From assembly GCA_010909165.1 (NCBI GenBank), contig VJWM01000025.1, forward strand, positions 124,001-188,000: a stretch of 64,000 nt of DNA. The letters are read 5' to 3'. The notes beneath the pieces were generated by a model. That model made no database searches, was not told where the DNA came from, and saw nothing but the letters and a program-made list of their open reading frames with translations. This document shows, in pieces, positions 1 to 13,264 of the stretch; positions within the stretch are counted from its first letter, which is position 1; each line of letters starts with the position of its first letter. The translations under genes were made by a program, and so were the position numbers. This DNA comes from Anthoceros angustus. Lineage: Eukaryota; Plantae; Anthocerotophyta.

Positions 1-699
1 AGACTGTGTGGTGTAGCCGGAAGGCATGCACAACATGTTAGCAGGTGGGACGCGAACTCCACCGAGTGTAGACTGGATAGAGTTGAAAGCAAGCACTCAC
101 AAGAGTCGTGAGCTGTGAGATCCAGGCCTAAAGCGGCTGCACTGCAAGGCCCGTGGAGTGCTGTGGTATGGGTGTGAATCCATGATGCGCTCCGCCCATA
201 AAGGCCTCCCAACCGTATTGGTATTGGAGAAGCTTTGAATTGGCTATGTAAGTGGAAAGCTCACCAAGGTAGCAAAGTTTGCCGGGGTGTCCCTGGACAT
301 TGGTAGTACCAGGGCTTGCTGCCTGTGACCGGGCTGGGTGTGGATTCTGAACTGCACCTGGAGGGGGAGAGAGGGAAACACAGAGGAGAAGTCCAGGCGC
401 ACGGACTAGCGGGGAGCAAATGAGGCAAGGAAGCGGGGGTGGGTCCACGATGGACTTTGGGGAAATGCACGTCAGACAGAGGTGAACCCCGAGGTCGGAG
501 GGAGGGAGGCAACTCAGGTCCGGACAAAGAGGTGATTGCCCCAGGTCCGAATCTCATGTACAAGAGTTCTAACCGGAAGTGTTGAGAGTCCCCAACCAGC
601 CAGGAAAAAGGATGGACAGACCATGCGGGACCTCCAGTAGCAAGGGCAGGAGGAGGACTTAATGGTCATGTAGCTTGTCTTATAGCAAGTGGCTCTTCA

Positions 700-895
700 A
701 CATTTTCCTCTCCAAACTTGAGACATGGACACGGAAGACTCATCCACCACATTCAGGTTTTTCCTCTCCAAACTTGAGACATGGACACAAGACATCCACC
801 ACATTAACATCCTTCCAAACTTGAGACATGGACACGCGCTCATCCAAATAACATTTTCCTTACTTGAGGCATGGACAAAGACTCATCCACTCACA
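700..895. repeat. Degenerate tandem repeat, ~50-60 bp unit, about 4 copies (core TCCAAACTTGAGACATGGACAC...CATCCAC)
   Basis: The core ACTTGAGACATGGACA recurs near 716, 772, 819 and 862. Confidence 0.8.
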
Positions 896-2469
896 AACAG
901 GTCCTTTCCAGATTAGTCTCATCCACTTTGTCATCTAAAGTACACCATCAATGACATGTTGGATCAGGATTAGAGATTTTATTTAAAAAAGATCGTCATG
1001 ACTTCTTGTCAAGGAGAAATTGTGACTCCCTTGAAGGTAATGGATAGTTTTCTTTTGTTAAGAGAAAAGAAATAATTGAATAGAATCATGGACAGAGGAT
1101 GAGGTTCATGGGACAGTAGCCTGAGTGGCAGCTAAACTCAGATGAAGTCATGGGAAAAGGTAACTTGCAGATGGGCGTGCAAGAGGGCCATGCACAGAGG
1201 AGGTTGCATGTAGAGGACCGGTCAGCAGATTGCATGTCTTTGATCCAGCTCGGACATCGAGAAGGCCGGCATTGAGTACACAATCAACTTGACCATGAAA
1301 AGGTGTTATCGCATGTTTGGTTAGAGAAGACCATTCTCTGACCATCTTCTCAACTACCTCAGATGACATGTGGGGTTTCTTAGTCATGGAGGGTTTGCAG
1401 GCCATCATTTCCAAGGAGTATTTGTCACCATACTGCATCAGCACAAGCATGGGACCGAAGGCCAGCTGGGACCCTGCACAATAAATTTTGGAATGATGTG
1501 GTGACAGAGATGGTCTTAGATTCTGTACATATGACTTGGAATGTCAAGATAGGGAAAGCAACTTGAGGTGTTGACCTACATTTCACCAGCCATCGTTGAG
1601 ATGCAGGAGTTGCTTAAAATATGTATTTCATTCTGGCGGGATGCTTGGGGTGCATTCCAATAAGACTGGTGTTTAAGCTGCACAACATGCACTGTGTGCT
1701 CAGGAGCAACTCCACAGTGTCAGTGGATAGAGTTGACAAGGCAAGCCTCACAAGTTCAGTGCAGATCATGTGTTGCGAAAAGTGCACCTGTATTCATATG
1801 TGAATTCATGGTGTCCTCTGTGGGCTTCAATGAGTATTGGTGCTAGAAGCCTCCTGCAAGTATGCTGAGTGAGCTCACAAGGTGGCATTTCCTGTCCCAG
1901 AATTGAACCAACTTGTCTACCCTCCTGTTGAGATTCAAGTCATCAAAGAGAGCTGCACAGAAAAGTCCTGACCCACACGGCAGCGCAGAGCAAATGAGGC
2001 AAGGAACAGGAAGGTGTCACAGGAAGCTCTGGATTGAAATCTTGGCCTCTCAGCAGAGGCAAATCCTACTCGAGGAAACAACCTAGGTCACTTGATGAGG
2101 ATGCATCCTGAACTCAAGTAACACATGATTCAACAGAATTGGTTGAGATGGCCTCAACATGAAAACTGGACTACAGCAGGGTATGACTACAAGGGCAGGA
2201 GGAGGACTTAATGGTCACAGATGTGGATGCAAGGCTCTATATTTTTACAGATCTGCTGTTGACCATGGTTCTTGGGCAGCAATTGTGAGCATGCAAATGA
2301 TGATCTGCACTTGGAGTCATCTGATCTTCCTATCAATTGTAGGATGGCATTGCCACTCAAGTGATGAATCTTCTTTGTTGTAGCTGCATCTTTGCATATT
2401 GTGAATCTGATGGATCCCAGTCACAGTGGGTAGACTACTGGAGATATTGTTTGACAACCCAAAGCTCAT

Positions 2470-5400
2470 GTGTGTGCACAGGACCTGAGCCCTTGCATTC
2501 GCATCTGGCCAGGGCAGCTTGAATGGACTAAGAGGCATGCAGAGCCACGGGAGACTGGATGCAGTGAGGTGAGTCACATACTGTGTGACTCAAGCACTTG
2601 AGTGTGCAAGAATGGTAGGAGAAGTGAGGAGGGAGTCGGTGAATCTAGATTTACAGGTCCATGTCGTTTGCTATGCTCTTGATGGCGAATAGTGGCGTAC
2701 AGCAATCGGGTGGACAGCAAGTGAGGCGGGTGTCACCATGCCATCATCCCTTAGCAGCAGTGTTTGGTAATGGAGCTATGCGAAACAATACATTCTACAT
2801 ATTACGCGACACAAAGGCGGTGTGCACCGGTAGCGTCGAATAACACCACACTTCTCATGCCGATTGGCCCTCTTGTTGATCGGTGAAAATTAAGGCAAGG
2901 TAGGAACACGAGGATAAGCGCTGTTGTAGATGTTGAGTGATGACCATCACTTGATAGGGGCATGTTACATGTACCTCATCCATAAGATCGGGCCACCAAG
3001 TGTCATCCGTCGGATATATGACCAGTACATCGACAAGGGCGTGGATCATTGGCTCCCTCGCTTGACCATGGATGGAAATATTCGAATAGCGCATTAGGTT
3101 TGAGAAAATACGATCCCGCCATGATTATTGATCCTTCTGGGATTGTGGAAACCTCTGAGCATAATGGTAAGGAACTGTGGTCTCATGAGTCCAAGTGAGC
3201 ATGGTAGCAAGGAATGGTCATGAGCATGGTCACGAGCACCATTGTTGTATATTGCATGGGGAGCATTGGAGTATGCCGCGCTTTATGACCATCTTCGTGC
3301 TTGCCTCTGCATATGGCACAAATGTGCAGCGATCATGCCATATGGCAACAGGATTCTAACCCATTGGCATAGAACACATGATCTGATAGGCACCATGTGA
3401 AAGCATAGGGATGAAGTTTATCCCTTGCACACCAAATGATTGCAGAATGATTTCAAGTGTGAGATGCATGCATTGGAGGACAATACGGACTGAAAGGGAT
3501 CACCATTAGCCTGAACAAAGTTGGAAAGTATGATTCACAAACCACATGTGCTTCAGTGAGATGAGCCAACTTGAGCCTCACCAAGATGGTGCAACCATCA
3601 AATTAGATTACACATTGCATGGGTCATGAGGTGACATTAAACACAACCATAAACATGAGCTCTTTTTGAGACATGTGAGCATGGGTTAGTCTTCACATGC
3701 CAATGGCATCTTACATGACCATAAAATTGACTTGTGACATGCATTCAATCGCACTGCTATGAAATTTGGCAAAGCGGGTTACCTCAACCTGGAGGAGTGC
3801 GAGGATGGAGTCACCAATTGCCATCTTCATGTGAGAAACCCTGGACATCCTTGCTTACTGAAGGGATAGAAGGTGCCATCCTTATCTGTTGGACAAGAGC
3901 TGCTCAACACACACGCTGGCGCCATGGAATTGGAGCAGCATGTTTCAAGCCAGATGCACTATCATGCAATGCTCAAACTCCCGGGTGGATGGGCCACAAT
4001 AATAAAGCCTTTCCCAGTTTGTGACATAATTAAAACAAAATTTAAAGAGTTTTGCTAAATGGAGAGTGCTAACTGCACGGCTGTTCCCAGATTGGTGGTG
4101 TGTACAAAGCGGAGGATCTGCACCGCCTCCTTCTGGGCAGGTTCACGATCGGACCGAGTGGCGATTAGCCGGACTCCAAGAGGGGCATGCAGAGCCCGGA
4201 CGGGGAGACCTGGTGGATGCGACGCGGAGGTCTGTAGCTTACACATACTCGATCGTGAACCTCAACTGGGCACATTGAGTGTAAGCAAGAATGGTAGGAG
4301 AAACGAAGTGAGGGAGGGAGTCAGTGAAGATCGGTAGATTTCGGACGCGAACGGGTCCTTATACGTTTGGCTATCCCGGCCCGCGTTTAATCAGGGTGAC
4401 GAGGAACCGCACTGGTGGACGAACGCAGAGAGGTGTCCTGGCATATCATCCCTTAACGGCGGAGAGTGTTTGGTAATGGAACGTGCATAAACGAAACAAT
4501 ACATTCCCTACCCCATATTGCAACGACACAAGACTGGTGTGCACCCGGCTGGTCGTCAGCGAAAGTAACACCACACTTCTCATCTGGCCACCAGCTTGGC
4601 CACTCTTCAGCTGTTGATCAGGCCAAAGAGAATTAAGAGGCGAAAGGTAGGGAACACCAGGGATAAGCATAGGGCGTATGTTGTAGATGTTAAAGAGTGG
4701 GATGACCATCACTTGATAGGGGCATGTTACATACGCCTACCTCATCATCCATAAGATCGGGGCCACCAATACTCGTGTCATCCGTCGGATATATGACAAC
4801 AGGTACATCTGACAAGGACGTGGGATCATTGAGAAGCTCCCTCTGAAGCTTGACCATGGATGGAAATATTCTGAGCAAGCGCATTAGGTTTGAGAAAAGT
4901 AACGATCCTGGCCATGATTATTGATCCTTCGGTGGGATTGTATGGAAACCTCTTGAGCATAATGGTAAGGAACTCCCGTGGTCTCATGACCAGTTCACCG
5001 CCCCGAGCATGGTAGCCTAAGGTGGTTGAACGTCGCGAGCCACCGTGGTCCTACTAGGAGCCACCATTGTTGTATATTGCCCATGCTGGGTTAGGCTTAT
5101 TGGAGTATGTCCGCGCTTTATGAAACCATCTTTCGTGCTTCTCGCTCCTGCTATATGGTATCAGAGCAGCTAGTGCTGTGCTGCATCATCGCCATATGGT
5201 CTCCACCACAGCGCACTTCTCCAACCCATTCCGCCGCATCACGTTAACCACATGATCCTTTGACCTGCCCACCATGCCTCGCAAACGCACCCCCGTTAGG
5301 CCATCGTCCCACCAATTCGTTTCACTCCCTAAGCACACCATCTGCAATGATTGCATGAATGATTTCGCGCTTAACCGCTCACCCACTACAGCACGGCTTC

Positions 5401-6250
5401 CACACATGGCGATGTATAAGAATGACTCTTAGGCCACTCACCACTAGCCTGAACACACCACGCCGTCAACACGCCCATCGACCCCTTCCATGCTAACCAC
5501 ACCAGCTTCAACTTGCATCGAGCCAACTTGAGAACCTCACCAAGATGGTGTCAACCATCAAATTAGATTACACACTTGCATCATGCAGTCATCGCTTGTA
5601 GCCACACTTAAACACAACCTTAGGAAACATGCCCGATTTGCTCTTTTCCTCGAGACACCTAGGCAGGCAAAGCAAATAGGGTTAGTCTTCACCCATGCCA
5701 CTCATGGCATCTTCCTCTACACCCAGCACCATAAAAATTGACTTCCGTGACCGGGACAGATTCAATCGCACGGACTATGAAATTTGGCAAATGCGGGTTA
5801 CCTCAATCCTGGAGGAGTGCGAGTTGATGGGAGTCACCAATGGCTCCGAAGCCGACCCTTCACTAGCAGCAAACCCAGTAGCTGCTGACATCCTTGCTTA
5901 CCAGAAGAAGGATAGGAAGGCCCGTGCCATCCTTATCTCTGCCCTGGACAAGAGCATGCTACAACACACACAAGGTCAAGCAAGCGCTCATGGAATATGG
6001 ACAGCGTTCAAAGACATGTTTCAAGCCAGCAATGCACTATCACTGGCGAATGCAACACGAAACTTTTCCCCTTTTGTTTTTGGGTGGATGGGTTTTTCCA
6101 TCTATTTTTTATAATAAAGTCTTCTTTCCCTTAGTTTGTGACTTATAATTAAAACTATTTAATATTTAAAGTTTAGTTTTGCTAAATGGGACGCTTAGTG
6201 CTAACTGTCTACTCCCGGTCGTTCCCAGTTATTAGAGGGGGTGGACTGTA
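2470..6250. repeat. Tandem duplication: copy A ~2470-4100 (deletion-riddled) and copy B ~4100-6250
   Basis: Colinear shared strings such as GATGACCATCACTTGATAGGG, CATCCGTCGGATATATGAC, GCATTAGGTTTGAGAAAA, CTCACCAAGATGGTG and TTTTGCTAAATGG occur in both copies. Copy A is about 25% shorter through many small deletions. Boundaries are approximate. Confidence 0.85.
5156..6063 (+). mobile_element. Ty1/copia 5' remnant: tRNA-iMet primer-binding site plus truncated gag
   Basis: TGGTATCAGAGC at 5156-5167. ORF 5695.. reads FNRTDYEIWQMRVTSILEECELMGVTNG...KKDRKARAILISALDKSML...AHGIWTAFKDMF, the copia gag N-terminal (DUF4219/UBN2-type) signature. It is truncated at ~6063. Confidence 0.85.
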
Positions 6251-6516
6251 TTTGCTTGAGCAAGCAAATACAGTTTCTCCCGCTGTCTGTGCAAGCTTCC
6301 TGATTGACCAACTCTGTCACGCTGTCCCGTCCTGGGACACCCACAAACACCACCAACTTCGAGACGAGAAAATCTGCACAGCGGCCAAGGGAACTATCTC
6401 ATGTTGCATAGCCTGCGGTATCGGAGCCAGCTCGCATGGTGCGGTCATTCACAGTAGCTGGGCATCCTGTCATAGCCTGTTGTTCAATCTCATCTTTCGA
6501 CAGCGGGCCCTGAACG

Positions 6517-9439
6517 ATGGCCACATTATCGCAGCCGGACCCGTTGTGGACCCAACAAACTTCAATCGGCGTGTGCACAGGCATCCTATCAGGAGCTCCC
6601 GCTCACCTTATTTTAGGGAGTCAAACCGCCCTGGCAAACAACGCCTCCGGGTGCAGAAGTGAAAGGAGCCCAGCACTTCCACTTCCGAGAACGTGTGTGG
6701 GTAGCACCGGGTTGTCCAGCGATGCCGGTCGTTGCCAGGAGCAGGAGCACTTGTGGCAACAATTTTTTCTGGACCCTACCCTGTGGTGGGACAACAGACA
6801 AGACAAGAAGAGCTCCCGTTCCCCTGACTTCCGGCGTAAGGGGTCCGGCGAGGTGCTGTGGTTAAACAACGTGTTTAAGCCAGCTTGGGTTGATGAGCAG
6901 CTCATGTCCATGGATACGCAGATGGGACATGGTGCCCCTCCTTCCGAGTCCAGCTCCCCGGAAAAGCCTGAACCTGGGAGGCGTGCAGGATCGGCAATCG
7001 TTACACCGTGAGCACGTTATGTCAGCAGGGGAAGCTTTCTGAGGCCGTTGGAGCCCTGGAATGTCTTGCGCAGACAGATTCTGCTATTTCTATGTCTCTG
7101 TTTTGCACTGTGCTCAAACTGTGTACAAGTAAGAAGGATTTGATTGTGGGGCGACGAATTCATGATCTCACTGTCAAACTTGGTTACGAGTCGATTGCAT
7201 ACGTGGGGAACCATATCTTGCGCATGTATGCATGTGGAGGTAGGCTAGAGGAGGCCATGGATGTGTTCACCAGGGTGGCAAACCAGATGCCTTCATGTGG
7301 TCTTCCATAATCTGCATGCTAAGCATGGGAAACCTAATGAGGCCATACAACTGTACCATGAGATGCGTAGGTCAGGAGTGAAGGCGGATGCTCACGTCTT
7401 TGTAGCTGCCCTTCAAGCTTGTGCATTTGCTGACTTGGAATCTGGCAGAAGTGCATGTGATGCAGAGTGGCATTGTTAACTTGTTTGTTGGCACTGCCTG
7501 GACATGTATGCAAAATGTGTTGAAAGATGCACGCCAGGTTTTTGACAGCATGGCACAAAGGATGTGGTGACATGGAATGCCCTGATAGCTGGGTATGCAA
7601 GTGGTGAACTGAACGATGCACGCCAGGTTTTTGACAGCGTGAACACAGAAGATGTGGTGACATGGAATGCCCTGATAGCTGGGTATGCCCAGCAAGGGCT
7701 TGGACATGAGGCGCTTGTTCTGTATGGACAAATGGAGCAGGAGGGCATCATTCTTGCTGACGATGTTACTTTTGCTTGCCTTCTGAAGGCCTGGTGCCTT
7801 ACAGAAGGGCAGGCAGCTGCACTCACAGATTGTTGAAAGAGGACTGCTGGATGACGAGTGGGCAACCTGCCTGGTGGACATGTATGCAAAATGTGGTGAA
7901 CTGGAAGATGCACGCCAGGTTTTTGACAGCATGGCCACAAAGGATGTGGTGACATGGAATGCCCTGATTGCTGGGTATGCACAGCAAGGACTCGCCAAGA
8001 GGCGCTTGTTGTGTATGGACAAATGGAGCAGGAGGGCCTCATTTTGGCTAATGATGTTACTTTTGCTTGCCTTCTGAAAGCCTGTACGAGCAGTGGCGCC
8101 TTGCAGAAGGGCAGGCAGCTGCACTCGCAGATTGTTGAAAGAAGACTGCTAGATAATGTAGTGGTGGGCACCTGCCTGGTGGACATGTATGCAAAATGTG
8201 GTGAACTGGAAGATGCACGCCAGGTTTTTGACAGCACAAAGGATGTGGTGACATGGAATGCCCTGATTGCTGGGTATGCACAGCAAGGACTCGGCCAAGA
8301 GGCGCTTGTGTATGGACAAATGGAGGAGGGCCTCATTTTGGCTGACCATGTTACTTTTTGCCTTCTGAAGGCCTGTGCACTGGTGCCTTACAGAAGGGCA
8401 GGCAGCTGCACAGATTGTCAAAAGAGGACTGCTGGATAACGTAGTGTTCAACTGCCTGGTGGACATGTATGCAAAATGTGGTGAACTGGAAGATGCACGC
8501 CAGGTTTTTGACAGCTTGGCCACAAAGGATGTGGTGACATGGACAGCGCTGATATCTGGGTATGGTGCGTGTGATGCAGGTCACAAGGCACTAGCTTGTT
8601 TTGAGGAGATGTTAGTTGCCGGTGTTCAGCCTGATGATGCTACTTTTACTTGCCTTCTAGTAGCATGCAGTCATGAGGGATTGGTCCATGAGGGTCGCAA
8701 ACACTTTGATTCCATGTCTGAACGGCATGGCATCGAACCTACTGTTGAGCATTACAACTGCATGATTGATCTTCTTGGACGTGCTGGCCATTTAGATGAG
8801 GCAGAGGAGATGCTGTTGTCATGTGAGGGCCAAAGTAATGTTGTGGGCTTGAGGTCTTTGTTGAATGCGTGCAAAATTCATGGGGATATAGAGAGGGCGA
8901 CGTGGTGTTTCAAGAGCATTGTAAGGTTGGACCCTCAGGATGCACCCGCATATGTGCTCATGGCCAATGCCTATGCTGAGGCAGGTAGGTGGACTGATGT
9001 AGATAGGATTGAAACACAGAGAAGGGTAGCAGGAGCTAACAAGAAACCTGCAGTGGCGACCATTGAGGTGAATAAGCAGGTACATAGATTTCTGGTGGGA
9101 GAAAGAGAGGATATTGCTTCAAGGTAGAGAGCACGAATGCACGTCTGAAGCAGGAAGGAGGCCACGTACCACACAAAGTTGGTGTTGAAGCCAGTTTGTG
9201 AGAAGGAAAAGGAAGATGCGCTTTGTGGGCATGCTGAGAAGCTAGCTTTAGCGTTTGGTCTCTTGAACACTCCGAGTGGGACACCTCTGGTGGTAACGAA
9301 GAATCTACGAATGTGCAGTGACTGCCACAGTTCCACGGAGATTATGTCAAGGCTTGAACAGAGAGACATTGTTGTAAGGGATGGGTACCGTGTGCATCGA
9401 TTCACAGCTGGTGGTTGCAGTTGTAAGGGTCGGCCGTGA
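6517..9439 (+). CDS. PLS-class PPR protein with N-terminal PDF motif and C-terminal E1-E2-DYW:KP (GRP) domain; candidate U-to-C editing factor (copy 1). Frameshifted as assembled.
   Basis: Successive + ORFs give: PDF motif (LWQQFFLDPTLWWDNRQDKKSSRSPDFRRKGSGEVLWL), P/L/S repeats (VVTWNALIAGY, CLVDMYAKCGELEDARQVFD), P2-L2-S2-E1-E2, KKPAVATIEV, HAEKLA, KNLRMCSDCH and CSCKGRP-stop at 9437-9439. The true start codon is uncertain and may lie further upstream. Confidence 0.9.
6751..6915 (+). other. OSB-type PDF motif within PPR copy 1
   Basis: W..FF.DP..WWDNR..K....PDF..K..GE.LWL....P.WV..QL matches by eye the PDF motif of plant organellar ssDNA-binding (OSB) proteins. Confidence 0.8.
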
Positions 9440-9855
9440 GAATACTGAAGAAAGTGTAGCCAGTGCTCATTGGATTGAATGTTCTTGCTGAGACATGGAC
9501 ATGGATGGCTAACACTGATCCTGGACCTCTTATCATAACAGAAAGGAACAGAACAGAGTGGTGTGGGGGGAACGCGACGCACTGTGCCTGCCTCGTGTGG
9601 ACTCGCTTGGGATCTGGCTGGGCGTTGTAGATCAGGGGTCAGGGCCCTGGTGCAGGCCTGAGATTTCGGCACAGATGCTGTGGAATCGGGGCTGTGCTTA
9701 CCGGATTCAGCTTGTAGTGGTACAAGAGCGGATTTGCAAGTTTTTGCAGCTTCTCGTTTTGTGGCTGTGGAAGCAAAGCGGCTGACCTGCAAGGCTCCGC
9801 GACCTGAGGATTGATGCCGGTCTCGGCATCTCCAGTTCATTCCGTGAAGGGGTGG

Positions 9856-9963
9856 TCCACAGAGATCGTGTGAAGGCTTGAACAGAGGGACACTGTTGGC
9901 AGGGATGGCTACCGTGTGCATCGAGTCGCAGATGGTTGTCGCAGTTGTAAAGGTCGACCGTGA
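9856..9963 (+). pseudogene. Orphan DYW:GRP C-terminal tail fragment
   Basis: Translates STEIV*RLEQRDTVGRDGYRVHRVADGCRSCKGRP*, homologous to the last 35 aa of copy 1. Confidence 0.85.
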
Positions 9964-10704
9964 GACTTGGTGTGAAGGCGAAAATCTAGGATGTTTATTC
10001 ATAATAAGTCCCGCATATATAAAAGCCCAGCAAAGTTGGGCTCAACAGAGGTCCTCAAAAGGCTTTCCCGACGGAGGAGAACGTGACACCTCGATGAGGA
10101 ATGCCACGTCAGGAGTAGTCAGTTGTACCAACCATTATTCAAAGAATGCAAGAGGCAATCACTTCAAGGAAGTGGGGTATGTGCACAGCATGAGAGTGTG
10201 AACCATGCGACACCCTGGGCAGAAGACTCCTGAGGAACGAGTTGAAAGCATCGAGTTTTTTAGGTCAAAATTTTGTAAATTAGGTCAAAAATCGTTTGGA
10301 TCTCTTCGTCGAGTGCTTAGGGAGGCTATGGTGAGCGTTCCCGCGGCAGCGTCGCCAGGTCGAAATTCGGTGTAGACTTGGGCAGATATTTCGGGTTTTT
10401 CTTTGCCATGGGATTCTCTTTCATTGTGCATGAATAGAGAACTATGCCCTACTTGTAGCATGAATAGAACTATTCTCCAAGGGGTGTGCTTGTAGTTTTG
10501 TGTGATATTGTGTAGTCGTTAGTGGGTATTGTGTTTGTTGGTTTTGGTTTGTCAAAAATAGGTCTGGGAAATAAGAAATTGTTAAATGCTCTAGTGTCCA
10601 AGATGTATGGACAAGATGTCTTACACATCAATTAGTGTGTTCTGGCTTTCATTAGGAAAAATGATAACGCTTTCAAGTAACGGTCTCCCAGGAGGACGAG
10701 GGTT

Positions 10705-11783
10705 ATGTGGCAAAGTCCAAGAGCTTGGTACAAGCGGATTGTGAAATACTTGAAGAAATTAGGATTTCTTCAATCCCCCGCAAATAGCAATGACTTTTAC
10801 CTCTCTCAGGGTGGTCTCTTTGTCATTCTGGTATTGTATGTGGATGACTTTGTCCTTCTTCGTAATAGCACTCCACTGCTTCAGAAGGTGAAGACTATGT
10901 TTCATGTTGAGTTCAAGATAATGGATCAAGGCACTCGTCAGTTCTGTTTGGGCATACAAATTTTGCATCACTGGGTTGCTGGCCAGATCATTCTTTATCA
11001 AACTAAGTATATCAAGGAAATTATGAAAGGATTCCATATGGATGAGGCCCAACCTATTTCGATGCCCTCTGCAATGGGGGAAAAGCTTAGTGTTGAGCAG
11101 GCTCCTCAAAGTGTAGTTGACTTGAAGGACATGTCCGTTGTTCCTTATGCAGAGGCCGTTGGCTGTTTAATCTTTCTAGCCAATTGGACACGACCGTATA
11201 TTAGCTACAGTGTGAGCATGGTTTCCCAATTTTTGAAGCAGCCAGGGTGATCACATTGGACAGCCGTCAAGCGTATATATCGCCATCTTAAGGGCACCAT
11301 CTCCTATGGACTATACTATGCAACAAGTGGGAGCAAGTCTTGTCTTTATTACTAACCCCATTTGCAGATGCCGATTGGGCTTTGAATGCTGACACTAGGA
11401 AGAGTATGTTTGCCTATCGCTTCATTCTGGCCTCTGGATTTGTTAGCTGGAGCTGCTAGAAGCATGCCTCTCTTGCCTTGTCTTCTACTAAAGTCAAGTA
11501 CAAAGCCTTGACAGATGCTTGCAAGGAGATAGAGTGGGAGGGTCAATTCCTTGATTCAGTTAATCAGCCTCAACCCGATCCCACTAACTTGTTTTGTGAT
11601 AACATGGGGGCAATAGCTCTAGTTTCTAACCCTAGGTTCCATGCTAGAACTAAACACATTGACCTTTATCACCATTACATTATGGATGTTGCTGAAAGAG
11701 GAATAGTTAAGGTGAAGTACATTAGCACAAAAGATAACACTACGGATATTTTTACCAAGGCCCTTGTTAAGATGAAGCACTAG
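10705..11783 (+). mobile_element. Ty1/copia reverse transcriptase + RNase H remnant
   Basis: QSPRAWY, LVLYVDD, PYAEAVGCL..L..WTRP.I, SSTKVKY, LFCDNMGAIAL..NPRFHARTKHID, DIFTKAL. Contains internal stops and frameshifts. Confidence 0.93.
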
Positions 11784-12553
11784 AGTCTCCAGGTCTTAGG
11801 CAGTCCCATCTTTAATCTAGCCACCTAGTTAATGCAGCCATCAGGATGATCGCTTACAAAAATTTGATAGGTTTCAGCGTGAAGTTATACTAGGCGTAAA
11901 CTTCTTAGCCTGCTAGTTGCCTTCTCTTGAGTTTGTTAACACATTTAAGGCATCCTTGGTCAGTACAGAGTTTTGTTAGTTAAACCATATGCAGACAACT
12001 AGTCACTTCAGTAGATGAAGCACCATGCTGATATTTAAGCGTGAATTGACAGTTTTTAGGCTTAACTTGAGAACTTTAGTGCAGAAACTACTTAGGTACT
12101 TTTAGAAACTAGATTTGCTTAGTTACCTTCCAATGATAGCGCGTGCACCTCAGGCACCACCCATTCTTCTCATTGTGCATCCAGAGCGTGAAGGTCTTGG
12201 ATGTCCTGTTCTAAGTGGTCAATCTGTCTTCTTATCACACCCTGAATTTGTTCCTTGTCCTCTTTGAAGTGTCTTTGCCCATACCACACATCTGGATTAT
12301 GTTTAGGGTCAAAATACATAGGACCTCTACGAGGTTTGTCCATAGTGGATCCAAGTGTCAGGTGGTGACCTAGGAGGATGAAATGCGATTAGGGGGGGCA
12401 GCATACTCTTTGTAGGAACAGGTCGTGGAGCTGATGTAGTTGGAGCTTGGGGATTTGTGATTCTGTGTGGAATGTCTTCAGCCTCTACATGTATGCACAT
12501 CAAGATGTTAGCATTTCCCAAACAGGTTATTTTGTCATCAAGTGATGAGTCAG

Positions 12554-12626
12554 TGAGCTATGAGCTATCAGGCTATGAGCTATCAGGCTATGGGCTACAG
12601 GCTATGAGCTACAAGCTATCAGCTAT
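12554..12626. repeat. Short tandem repeat (GAGCTATCAGGCTAT-like, 15 bp unit)
   Basis: Visible GAGCTATCAGGCTAT / GGGCTACAGGCTAT array. Confidence 0.8.
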
Positions 12627-13264
12627 TGACATATGCATAGGATCACCACGCGGCTACTTCACAGGACCTAGCGCACCTAAGGTAGCAAAGTGAAACATGG
12701 TTAGACAATAGGTTTTTCTGGTAGCCTAGGCGACAGATTGCAGCCGTTCTTCCTACATACTAGTTTCCTTGTTAGTCGCGCTCTCATTGGTCTCTACGTG
12801 AGTGCGTTAGCGAGGGCCAAACACTGACGATTCAGGCTACAAGCTTGGATTGTGAAGATGCGCGTGCCTTGATGAGGATGGGCGACTTCTCCTCCATACC
12901 GCGCCACACTCACTTCCTGTAGATTCTGCCGAGAGGGTCTGCCCAGCAAGGTTGCCCCTGGCCGCGTATCCTCTCGTCGATGCATGGCGCTACCGCGCCG
13001 CCCTTTATCCACAAATATTCGCGCTTCACCGCAGTTTAGGGCGTCACCGCGCACTTCATCCCCATCCACACATTCGCTAATTGTTCGTTTTGGCGGGCCA
13101 TCGTAGTTATGTCGACATTAATGGCCATCAACCCCCATCAATCCCGACATTGACATGGCCTTTCGCATGTCTATGGGTATATAATTTTTTTTTACTACTA
13201 CCTACCACTATTTTCCATTAATTACTTCTAATAATTTGGTAATTTATAATAACTTGCCTAGGTT

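Noticed and set aside
7500-8540. Regularly spaced near-identical DNA repeats resembling a CRISPR-like array
   Set aside because: They are PPR motif codons in frame, with no unique spacers and no cas genes, in a eukaryotic context.
7334-8584. Long minus-strand ORFs over the PPR arrays (also 16004-16670 and 17810-18397)
   Set aside because: Antisense shadows of repetitive PPR coding sequence; the recognisable protein is on the + strand.
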